A stretch of 64,000 bases of DNA from NCBI GenBank assembly GCA_964523575.1, contig CAZGAV010000006.1, positions 6,222 to 70,221 on the forward strand, written 5' to 3'. Position 1 is the first letter of the stretch. Each line of letters opens with the position of its first letter. Of this stretch, positions 16,921-25,452 are shown piece by piece. The stretch comes from an uncultured Ignavibacteriales bacterium. GTDB taxonomy: Bacteria > Zixibacteria > MSB-5A5 > GN15 > JAAZOE01. The notes beneath the pieces are model-generated. The model had not been told where the DNA came from. It was given only the letters and a program-made list of their open reading frames with translations, and did not search any database. The position numbers and the translations under genes are program-made.

Positions 16921-17422
16921 GTATGAGTCGTGGCTGGAGGCGCCCGGCTCATGTTTTGTGGTATGCCGTTCGTGTTTCAAACATCGAATGGCTGGGATAA
17001 TAGTTCATAGAACTGAAGCTTTTGCCTTCGGGCGGAATGTGACAGGAAATAAGCATGGGCCTTTTAATGGATTAGAAGGGGGTATGCCTGGGTAATATGT
17101 CGGCGGGATTGACGCTCCGATGATCCTGTGCGGCCTTTTTCGACGCCAACCGGATACGATTTTCGATTGATTATTTCGGTTTGCGGACGATAAACCTTAA
17201 CGAGATGTGCTGTGTCAACAGAAGGTGAAAGAGCCAACTCGTATGATCCGCAGTGTGCGGAGTATTTGATTCATATTGAAGAGTTCACCCCTGGTCGCTG
17301 GCGACTCCTTCCGGATCCCGGATCGAGTCTGATGCGACGCCTGAAGAACCTGAGATTGAATCGAATCCCCTTCATACGAGAATCGCTCAACATCACCATA
17401 CCATTCTCGAAGGAGGTTTATC

Positions 17423-17662
17423 ATGAAGAGGTTAATCGCGTCGGCACTGGTGGTTTTTGTATGCGTCGTTTTATTCGGTGTGATCCTTTATGCCGATCCC
17501 GGAACCAATCCGGAAACGACGGACAGCACATATATTCCACCGCCCCCCGGATACGAAGGTGTTTGGCCGCCGCCGGACGGCCTGATAATAACGACGAGTA
17601 TTGACAGTTGCGATACTTGTCCGGCAAATACGGATCCACCATGGGATATCCCTGGCCAATAA
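17423..17662 (+). CDS. Small (79 aa) signal-anchored proline-rich protein
   Basis: A strong AGGAGG RBS (17411-17416) lies 6 nt upstream of the ATG. The N-terminus has the hydrophobic segment LIASALVVFVCVVLFGVILYA. The mature part is P/T/D-rich with a CxxC (SCDTCP). Confidence 0.55.
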   Translation: MKRLIASALVVFVCVVLFGVILYADPGTNPETTDSTYIPPPPGYEGVWPPPDGLIITTSIDSCDTCPANTDPPWDIPGQ

Positions 17663-17808
17663 TGTGGAGTTTTTTGCGGACAATGAGGTTTGATGGCTTC
17701 CGAATTTAAGACAAGTTTGCGTACATCGAAGAATCTCGATACGGCAGGGTCAGAGGCTGCGATGAAGATATTATCAAGTCACTCTCAGACGGATCAAGGC
17801 TTCGATAA

Positions 17809-19950
17809 ATGACATACCGGACTATCACAGACGTCCTCAATCTGGCCGAAGAGCTTTTTGAGGCCAAAAAGTTCAAGGAAGTTCTCGATGCCCTGGGAGG
17901 AATCGATTACAATTCGATTTCTCCCGAGGATAGGGCCCGGTGTAACTTGTTTAACGTCGAGGCCAATTACTATCTCGGGAATTTCGATATCGAGCCGCAA
18001 CTCAATGAGGCCCTTGATTACTATAAACGCAGTCGAGACGACGAAAAATTCGCTCGTTCAAAGTATCTTAAAGGTCATCTGTTGATGATGAAGGGCGAAT
18101 ATATCGACGCCCGGGAAGAGCTTATTGAGGCCTTCACGATGTACCGGCGTCATGACCGGCTTTGGGATATGGCTCTCGTTTCAAATCTGCTTGGTCGATT
18201 GTGTTTTCAACTCGGTGATCTGGAAGCTGCCGAGAATCATATCAAAAAGTCCATCGATATTTACCGTCAGCTTGGGGATACGGTCAGCAGGATCCAAGTA
18301 TCGGGTAACCTGTCCACAATTTATTGCTTCGGTGGATACCTGACACGGTCTATCGAAATGTTATCATCTATCGCCACCCAGGCCTGCAACCGAACCCCCA
18401 GGAGTATCGCCTCATTCTTGATTCAATTCTCTATTCCCAATTATCTCAAGGGCGATTACAAGTCGGCCCATGAATTGATGGACAAATCCCTGAAATACAT
18501 CGAGGATACTGCCGACCTTCAGGCGATTTATCTGGAGGCTCGCGGTGAGGCGTACTATTTCGAAGGACGCTATGAGGAAGCCAGGGAGGTACTGGTCAAA
18601 GCGCATGAGATGACAGAGAAGGCCGCTCCCAAGGGGACCCTCATGGCCAATATCAAAGAACTGCTCAGCCGAAGCCTGATCGATTTGAATGAATTGGATG
18701 CCGCGGGCAGGCTCAATGAAGAGGTCTACGAAATCGCCGAAAAAATCAACGAGCGGCCGATGATAGCCGCATATTATCGCAATCGGGGACGTCTGGAAGC
18801 TCTCAAGGGCAACGCGGCCGACAGCCGCGAATGGTTCCGAAAATCTATCATCCTGTACAGCGCCATTAAAACCAGATTCGAACTGAGTTTGGCCCGTTAT
18901 CAGGCGGCAATGTCGGGCGTATTTCCCCCCGGTGAACGCCATGCCTTTCTATATTTGGCGCGCGAGTACTTCGAATCCGAAGACGTCGGATATATGGTCA
19001 AGAAGATAAATACCGAAATCAACAATTTTCAGATCATGCCGAGGGCAATCCCTGATTGGACCCGGGCCAAATTACCTCGCATCGTCACTGTCAACGATGA
19101 GATGAAACGCATCCTGTCGATGGCCGAACATATAGCTCCCTCGGATATGTCGGTTTTGTTGACCGGAGCCACCGGCACCGGCAAAGATATGCTGGCTCGG
19201 TATATCCACCACCATTCCGGTCGAACCGGTCGTTTTGTGTCGATTAATGCCGCGGCCATTCCCGATAGCATGGTCGAATCGGAGCTGTTCGGCCACCGCC
19301 GCGGCGCCTTCACCAATGCCGACCGGGACAAGGTCGGACTGATCGAAGTCGCGCATGACGGGACTCTATACCTGAATGAAATTGCCGACGCCTCCAAGGA
19401 ACTACAAGCCAAACTTCTCGATGTCTTGGAAAACCACACAATCCGGCGTTTGGGAGAAACCAAGGAGCGAGAGGTCGCTTTCCGCCTGATAGCGGCCACC
19501 AATCATGATCTGACCCGGTTGATCGACGACGGCAAATTCCGAGTCGATCTCTATCATAGGATCAGTGAGGTTCCTTTTTCCCTCCCGCCTCTGGCTGAGC
19601 GCAAGGATGATATACCGGTCCTGCTGGCTCATTTTCTGACGCTGGCTGGCGTGGAAGTGGATACCGAAAATGCAGATTTCCAAAGTCTGGCCCGGCTTTT
19701 ATCGGAGCGAGAATGGCCCGGTAATGTACGTCAAATGGAGGCCGAATCCAAACGGCTGGCCCTTCTTTCGCGCGGCGACGCGGCCGCCATGCAACAGTTT
19801 ATCTCAAGTCATAGGTTCTCTGAACGCGACCAACTTTATGACCTCCTGCGGCAGACCAACTGGAATCGACGAGAAGTAGCGCGAAAATTGGGCGTGAGTG
19901 ATACGACGATACGCCGCAAAATACGAAAATTCAAGCTTGACGACGAATGA
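17809..19950 (+). CDS. Sigma54-dependent transcriptional activator (bEBP) with an N-terminal TPR sensor region
   Basis: Has Walker A LLTGATGTGKD, ESELFGH, the sigma54-contact loop GAFTNA (a variant of GAFTGA), Walker B DGTLYLNEI, and a C-terminal Fis-type HTH (NRREVARKLGVSDTTIRRKIRKF). The first about 400 aa have TPR-like repeats. Confidence 0.9.
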   Translation: MTYRTITDVLNLAEELFEAKKFKEVLDALGGIDYNSISPEDRARCNLFNVEANYYLGNFDIEPQLNEALDYYKRSRDDEKFARSKYLKGHLLMMKGEYIDAREELIEAFTMYRRHDRLWDMALVSNLLGRLCFQLGDLEAAENHIKKSIDIYRQLGDTVSRIQVSGNLSTIYCFGGYLTRSIEMLSSIATQACNRTPRSIASFLIQFSIPNYLKGDYKSAHELMDKSLKYIEDTADLQAIYLEARGEAYYFEGRYEEAREVLVKAHEMTEKAAPKGTLMANIKELLSRSLIDLNELDAAGRLNEEVYEIAEKINERPMIAAYYRNRGRLEALKGNAADSREWFRKSIILYSAIKTRFELSLARYQAAMSGVFPPGERHAFLYLAREYFESEDVGYMVKKINTEINNFQIMPRAIPDWTRAKLPRIVTVNDEMKRILSMAEHIAPSDMSVLLTGATGTGKDMLARYIHHHSGRTGRFVSINAAAIPDSMVESELFGHRRGAFTNADRDKVGLIEVAHDGTLYLNEIADASKELQAKLLDVLENHTIRRLGETKEREVAFRLIAATNHDLTRLIDDGKFRVDLYHRISEVPFSLPPLAERKDDIPVLLAHFLTLAGVEVDTENADFQSLARLLSEREWPGNVRQMEAESKRLALLSRGDAAAMQQFISSHRFSERDQLYDLLRQTNWNRREVARKLGVSDTTIRRKIRKFKLDDE

Positions 19951-20154
19951 TTGTAACTTCTGCGACCTCCCCGTCGCACCCTCCTCACGAATCAATAATA
20001 TATTATCAGGCAATATTTTAAGCGTAACTCAATCCCAATAGCGAACCTGATTGCGATGTTTTGTGTCCCGCGGCTTCCTATAAATTATTCTGCGAGAATT
20101 TTATATTAATATACCACAATTGGTTAAGCAGATTTTCCACTCGTCAGGCCATCT

Positions 20155-20170
20155 TGGCATGGTAGTTGAT
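20155..20170 (+). promoter_or_regulatory. Weak sigma54-like -24/-12 motif
   Basis: CTTGGCATggtagTTGAT has correct spacing and the same CTTGGCAT -24 element as the site at 14580-14596. The -12 element is GA rather than GC. Confidence 0.25.
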
Positions 20171-20427
20171 ATCCTCATACGCCCAAGAAGTATATCCTTC
20201 ATGAGTCTGCGAAGATCGTCGATAACAATCTCGTGGGACAATTATGGACTCCACCGCTTGTTTATCGGCGGTTACGCCGCTCGCTGAAAACGCGGCTGAG
20301 TGCTTTGCCGTTCAGCCGGATACATTGCCAACCGCCAGCCCGGGAAACCAGGCTTTGAGATCGATATATGTTTCCCGCCCCGGCCGGTTATTTTTTGGAG
20401 AAAATTAATGGGATAGCCGGCCGATCG

Positions 20428-22905
20428 TTATTCTTCGCTATTTCGAGCCGAAACCGGCTGGAGGCGTTTCAGGCGAAGTGAATTGGTCACGACGAAAATC
20501 GATGATAGAGCCATAGCGGCGGCGGCCATCGCCGGCGACAGCCCCAGTCCAAAGATCGGATACAGGACGCCAGCCGCAATCGGAATCATGATTATATTAT
20601 AGAAAAAAGCCCAGAACAGGTTCTGCTTGATGATTCGCAGGGTTGACCGGGAAATATGAACCGCCGTCAGGACGGCATCGAGCGACCTGCCGGTGATAGT
20701 AATGTCTGAAGCCTTGATCGCCACGTCGGCACCGGTTCCCAGCGAGAAGCCGATATCGGCCGCCGCCAGCGCAGCGGCGTCGTTGACACCGTCGCCAACC
20801 ATTGCCGTCACACGACCTGTCTGGCGCAGAGATTTGATAGTCTGTAATTTATTTTCCGGCAGCGCCTCGCCCTCGAAGTTTTTGATATGCAGACGCGCCG
20901 CGACGGCTGCCGCTGAATAATTATTATCGCCGGTCAACATGATGGTCTCGAATCCCATCTCACCCAATCGGGCTACCGTTTCGGCGGCGCCGCTTTTGAG
21001 AGTATCGACAAACGTTATGGTGCCGAGGTAATTGCCATCGACGACCAGGTGAACGGCGGCCGCCTGTTGCTCTTTCTCGACCCTTTTCATGGCCGCGCGA
21101 TGTTCCGGCGCCAAGCCGTTTTCAGAGACAAAAGCCCGGCAGCCGAGCACCACGCGATGCCCTCCAATTACGGCCGTTAACCCCTGGCCCGGTTTGGACT
21201 CCTGCTTCTCCACAGGCCACAACCGGATCTGATCTCGACGAGCCTTATCCCTGAGAGCGGCGGCGAAGGGGTGTTCGGAGAGCTGTTCGGCCGAAGCGGC
21301 GTATTGAATCAAAGTCTCCGCCGTCGTGCCTTCGGCCGGCAGAATCTGATCGACCGAGGGATGGCCCTCGGTCAGGGTCCCGGTTTTGTCGAAGACGAAA
21401 GTTCGGACATCGGTTAACCGTTCCAGAATCTCGCCGTTGCGAAAGAGAATTCCCAGCCGCGAGGCGCGGCCAGTGCCGACGAGAATGGCCGTGGGCGTCG
21501 CCAGTCCCATGGCGCAGGGGCAGGCGACGAGCAAAACCGCGACCGGGGCGATCAGCAGCATTTGGGAACCGGGATCGATTATAGCCCACAAAAACAGTGT
21601 CATCAGAGCCGCCAAAATGACCAGTGGAACAAAGATGGCCGCAACGCGATCGGCTGTCCGCTGAATCGGCGCCCGACCGCTCTGAGCCTCCTGTACCATC
21701 CGAATCATGCGGGCCAATACCGTCCCCCGCCCGACTTTGGTCACGGCCATTTTAATGCCATTGCCGGTGTTGATGGTTCCGCCCGTGACATTGTCAGCCG
21801 GTTTTCGCGCCACCGGCATTGCTTCTCCGGTTATCATCGATTCATCGATAACGGTCTCACCTTCGAGAATCACACCGTCGGCCGGAATCGATTGTCCGGG
21901 CCGGACAACGACCGTATCGGCGACATTCAGCTGTTCTATATTGATCTCTTCCTCGGATCCGTCGGAGAGAAGCCGCGACACTTTCCTTGGAATTAGCGAC
22001 GACATCCCTTCGGCCGCATTCCTGGCCTCAAGGGTGGCCTTATGTTCCAGATAGCGTCCGATAAGAATGAAGGTGATGATCATGGCCGTGGTTTCATAAT
22101 AAACCATGGCCGACCGGCTGGCCGATCCGAATATTATTGCGGCCGTGACTATCAGCGAATAGACAAAGGCCGTCCCGGAGCCGAGAGCAACCAGACTGTT
22201 CATATTGGCCCGTCCGTGACGCAATTGATTCCAGGCATCGGTGAAAAATATCCGTCCGGCGTAGATAATCGGCAGGGTCAGCAGCAGCTGGACAGCCGCA
22301 TTCCAGGCGGGACGAATCGTGAACAGCATCAGGATATGCTGGCCGAAATGAATTCCAAAAATGGCGCCCGCGCACAGGATGGCGATGACCAGATCCCGGC
22401 GCAGTCGGAGATTGTCTTTTTTAAAATGGTCGCCATCGGTATGGAAATCGGCCTCATAGCCGATTTTCCTGATATCGGCCAGCAGTTGCCGCCGATCATA
22501 AACCCCATCGATCAGGTCGATTTGTCCGGTCTGGGTGGCGAAATTGACACGGGCGTCCGATATTCCCGGTATTTTTTTTAGGCCGGTTTCCAGCGTATTG
22601 ACGCAGGCGGCGCAACGTAAATTGAAAATGTCGACATTTTCATGGCTGATAGGAATTTCCAGCCCGATATTTTTGATGACCTCGATGGCCTGATGTACCT
22701 GTCCGTTCGGCCCATTGGGATCGGTCAGGCGGAAGCGAATTCGGTCGGTGCTCGAATCGATTTGAACGTCCGACAGTCCGCCGATACCTTTCAACCGGTC
22801 CGATAATTCCTCTCGCGGTCGCGACTTGTCGAGACCGACGACGGGAATTTCCACTATTTTTGATTTTCCGGATTCCATATCAATTTTCATCCCCGTAGGC
22901 CGCAA
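20428..22905 (-). CDS. copA: Copper-translocating P1B-type ATPase
   Basis: Has an HMA domain with CAAC, the TM6 CPC motif (ACPCAMGLATP), the phosphorylation site DKTGTLT and the hinge GDGVNDAAAL. The track starts at a TTG; the ATG at 22890 is an alternative start. Confidence 0.9.
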   Translation of the reverse strand: MRPTGMKIDMESGKSKIVEIPVVGLDKSRPREELSDRLKGIGGLSDVQIDSSTDRIRFRLTDPNGPNGQVHQAIEVIKNIGLEIPISHENVDIFNLRCAACVNTLETGLKKIPGISDARVNFATQTGQIDLIDGVYDRRQLLADIRKIGYEADFHTDGDHFKKDNLRLRRDLVIAILCAGAIFGIHFGQHILMLFTIRPAWNAAVQLLLTLPIIYAGRIFFTDAWNQLRHGRANMNSLVALGSGTAFVYSLIVTAAIIFGSASRSAMVYYETTAMIITFILIGRYLEHKATLEARNAAEGMSSLIPRKVSRLLSDGSEEEINIEQLNVADTVVVRPGQSIPADGVILEGETVIDESMITGEAMPVARKPADNVTGGTINTGNGIKMAVTKVGRGTVLARMIRMVQEAQSGRAPIQRTADRVAAIFVPLVILAALMTLFLWAIIDPGSQMLLIAPVAVLLVACPCAMGLATPTAILVGTGRASRLGILFRNGEILERLTDVRTFVFDKTGTLTEGHPSVDQILPAEGTTAETLIQYAASAEQLSEHPFAAALRDKARRDQIRLWPVEKQESKPGQGLTAVIGGHRVVLGCRAFVSENGLAPEHRAAMKRVEKEQQAAAVHLVVDGNYLGTITFVDTLKSGAAETVARLGEMGFETIMLTGDNNYSAAAVAARLHIKNFEGEALPENKLQTIKSLRQTGRVTAMVGDGVNDAAALAAADIGFSLGTGADVAIKASDITITGRSLDAVLTAVHISRSTLRIIKQNLFWAFFYNIIMIPIAAGVLYPIFGLGLSPAMAAAAMALSSIFVVTNSLRLKRLQPVSARNSEE

Positions 22906-23173
22906 GAATTATATCGGGAGGAACTCCGGGGATGATTAAATATCTCGTTTAGAAAGGTTATTTGCAATGCCTTTTTCAATATCATTTTGGCCCAAACCGG
23001 GCTTATTTTTGTCAATCCGAAAATAGCCCATCCTCGCTATCGCAGGTAATGAACCACCCGAAACAGCCTGTACCTGTTTTATCGGCCCCGGGGCGAGCGA
23101 TATTTGGTTTTTTTTTTGACCCGGCCACCCCATCAGATTTTTATCTATACTGGGCAAATTCATAAGATAGAGC

Positions 23174-23223
23174 CAAAAAAAGGCCGCCCGATTCCCTTCC
23201 GACTCGGGAAAACAAGGCGGCCC
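23174..23223 (-). terminator. Probable intrinsic terminator after the ECF sigma gene
   Basis: GGCCGCC / GGCGGCC is a 7-bp outer stem with an internal sub-hairpin. It is followed by U7 on the minus strand. Confidence 0.5.
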
Positions 23224-23277
23224 ACAAACTTATCTATTTGATTTTCAGTAACTTACATCAGCCGATAATCAGGCTTA

Positions 23278-23919
23278 CTATTTTATGCCTAGAGCGATCA
23301 ACAAACCAGGGCATCGGCGCAAAAGGTCTTTTCTGATCTTCTGGCGAGCCCGGTGCAGATACCATCGGACAGTCGCCTCCGGCATATCCATGATATTGGC
23401 CACATCGTCAATATGGCAACCCTCAATGTCGCGCAATACAAAAGCCGATTTTTGCTTACCGTTCAATTTTTCGGTGGCTTCGGTAATAAACTCGCGCAAC
23501 TGACTCGTCCGGAAAATATCTTCCGGGTTGTCACGATGATTTTCCGCCGTCTCGAACACATTCTCCAGCGGCTCGTGTTTATGTCGGCGATGCTTTCGCA
23601 TGTAATCTATTGAGGCATTTACGGTTATTCGATACAGCCAGGTGTAGAACCGTTTGCTCTCGTCGTAGCGCCAGATATTCTGAGACGTCTTGACGAAAAC
23701 ATTTTGGGTGATATCAGCGGCTTCGTCATAGTCTCCTACCATTTTATAAGCCAGAGCCGCGACCTGATTGCGATATCGATCAACCAGTTCCCCAAAAGCT
23801 CGATCATTTCCGTTCTTTACTTTGCGGATTATTTCCTTAACTTCCAACTCGTCCTTGTCATCGACGTCAGACTGCACCAGCGGAAGTTTTCTTTTCCCGT
23901 GGATTGTGGAGTTATTCAT
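23278..23919 (-). CDS. ECF-type RNA polymerase sigma-70 family factor
   Basis: Region 2 is FGELVDRYRNQVAALAYKMVGDYDEAADITQNVFVKT...FYTWLYRITVNASIDYMRKH. Region 4 is AFVLRDIEGCHIDDVANIMDMPEATVRWYLHRARQKI. It has an N-terminal extension of about 35 aa. Confidence 0.85.
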   Translation of the reverse strand: MNNSTIHGKRKLPLVQSDVDDKDELEVKEIIRKVKNGNDRAFGELVDRYRNQVAALAYKMVGDYDEAADITQNVFVKTSQNIWRYDESKRFYTWLYRITVNASIDYMRKHRRHKHEPLENVFETAENHRDNPEDIFRTSQLREFITEATEKLNGKQKSAFVLRDIEGCHIDDVANIMDMPEATVRWYLHRARQKIRKDLLRRCPGLLIALGIK

Positions 23920-24171
23920 AATTAAAGTCCCTGTTTCAAGAACACCAGCCCATTTTCCATATGATGGACACTAAATTTTCAGTATTTGCCTCTATAACAA
24001 CCCAGATTTTCAATTGTTCCTTAAAACAGCAAATTTACATGAGTATTTGCGTTTTTAGGCCCTGGGCGGACTGAAATAGTCTATAGATAAAGATCAGGTT
24101 GAGATAAAATCAAATCATGTCAGCAGGTAATTATAAAATAACATATGCATTGCCGGGAGTCAAGAAAACAA

Positions 24172-24207
24172 TTTTAAAATAAAAAACCCGATCCACAGGA
24201 TCGGGTT
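24172..24207 (-). terminator. Intrinsic terminator of the M23 peptidase gene
   Basis: The stem AACCCGATCC / GGATCGGGTT (24185-24207) is followed by UUUUAUUUU on the minus strand. Confidence 0.7.
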
Positions 24208-24229
24208 AAAAAGTTTTTCTTTAGCACAA

Positions 24230-25150
24230 CTAATTGTTAAGTATAAACTTAAACGGGTTAACCGGTTTGCCGTGATAAAGCACTTCGTAATGCAAATGGG
24301 GGCCGGTGGAATAGCCGGTATTTCCCATATAGCCGATGATATCTCCCCGTTTGACAGCCTGACCAACTTTGATATTGTATTTATCGAGGTGGCCATAACG
24401 GGTCTTATATCCATAACCATGATCTATGGCGATCATCTTGCCCATGCCGCCGTTGACTTGCACGGAGACAACCTTGCCATCGGCGGTGGCGTGAATCGGC
24501 GTTCCGCGGCGGTTAGCTATATCCAGGCCCGAATGGAATTGCTTGAAGCCGGTGAAAGGATCGTCCTTATAGCCGAAGCCTCGGGAGAAATAACCGCGGG
24601 TCGGCATAATCGACGGCATATGATCAAGGCGGTCGCGTTTGTTTTCCAGCAGATCATAGACTTCCTGATAACGATCCCGTTCGAATTTCGACAGACGCAG
24701 CAATTCGTCGACATCGGTGGTGACCTCCATCGCCTCGGCGGTGGATGGCGTTACCTGCTCCATGGCCGGATCGGTCGGACCGCCGACACCAAGCATGCGG
24801 GCTTCGGGATCGATTTCGGGCAGATCAAAGATGGTCCGTATCGCCTCTTCCTTGGCGACCAGGGTGCCATAATTGTCCTTTAGGCTGGCAATGGATTGTT
24901 CCAGTTCGGTAAACTGATCGGACAGGAGTTTGTTTTCCCAGGTCAGCTGTTCGAGGCGGGCCTGATCGACGCGGGTGTCGAAATAATCGGCCAGAAGAAA
25001 CAGGTTAACCAGAACGAAGCAAACGCCCATTATCCCTGCGGTCCAGAGCAGTTTGACCGGGATGGAGTACTGCTTGATTTCCCCGTCGCTTCGGGGAAGA
25101 ACCATTACGGTAATTTTGTCTTTCCACATATGAAAAAGCTGAGAAAGCAC
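24230..25150 (-). CDS. M23/LytM-family peptidoglycan endopeptidase
   Basis: Has HSGLDIA..GTPIHATADGKV and GNTGYSTGPHLHYEV (HxxxD and HxH zinc ligands). It also has an N-terminal TM segment and a coiled coil. Confidence 0.85.
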   Translation of the reverse strand: MLSQLFHMWKDKITVMVLPRSDGEIKQYSIPVKLLWTAGIMGVCFVLVNLFLLADYFDTRVDQARLEQLTWENKLLSDQFTELEQSIASLKDNYGTLVAKEEAIRTIFDLPEIDPEARMLGVGGPTDPAMEQVTPSTAEAMEVTTDVDELLRLSKFERDRYQEVYDLLENKRDRLDHMPSIMPTRGYFSRGFGYKDDPFTGFKQFHSGLDIANRRGTPIHATADGKVVSVQVNGGMGKMIAIDHGYGYKTRYGHLDKYNIKVGQAVKRGDIIGYMGNTGYSTGPHLHYEVLYHGKPVNPFKFILNN

Positions 25151-25257
25151 TTACTTTCTCTTCCCAAAAATTGACCAATTATACCGCCACATGGTTGCTC
25201 TGTCAAGGTAAAAAAAATTTACTTTTGTCGTCTTCTCGGGGCATAATGGTCGGTCTT

Positions 25258-25452
25258 TTACTTGATGACCATGAATTCTCTACGAAGAATTTTGTCGATC
25301 ACCTTAATGAATTTCTCAGGATTCAAGGCCTGCAGGCTGTAAAGGTGCCAACAAATTTTCCTCGGCTTCTTATATGACTCCTTCTTTTTCGGGGCCATCT
25401 TCACCTGCCTTGCTCGATACCTTTGAAGACAGGCATAGATATCCCTCTTCAT
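25258..25452 (-). CDS. Hypothetical 64-aa basic protein
   Basis: K/R-rich (MAPKKKESYKKPRK...) with no family recognised. It is preceded by GTGACC-N17-TATAAT on the minus strand near 25560-25590. Coding status is uncertain. Confidence 0.3.
   Translation of the reverse strand: MKRDIYACLQRYRARQVKMAPKKKESYKKPRKICWHLYSLQALNPEKFIKVIDKILRREFMVIK

Noticed and set aside
16886-17604. Track ORFs 16886-17095 (69 aa) and 17212-17604 (130 aa).
   Set aside because: The first starts inside the promoter. The second uses a GTG with no RBS and runs out of frame across the well-supported 17423 gene. Neither has a protein-like composition.
22936-23163. The 75-aa ORF downstream of the ECF sigma gene as its anti-sigma factor, or as a copper regulator for copA.
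   Set aside because: It begins right after a terminator U-tract with no RBS. It has no TM segment, no HxxxCxxC zinc anti-sigma motif and no metal-sensor motif.
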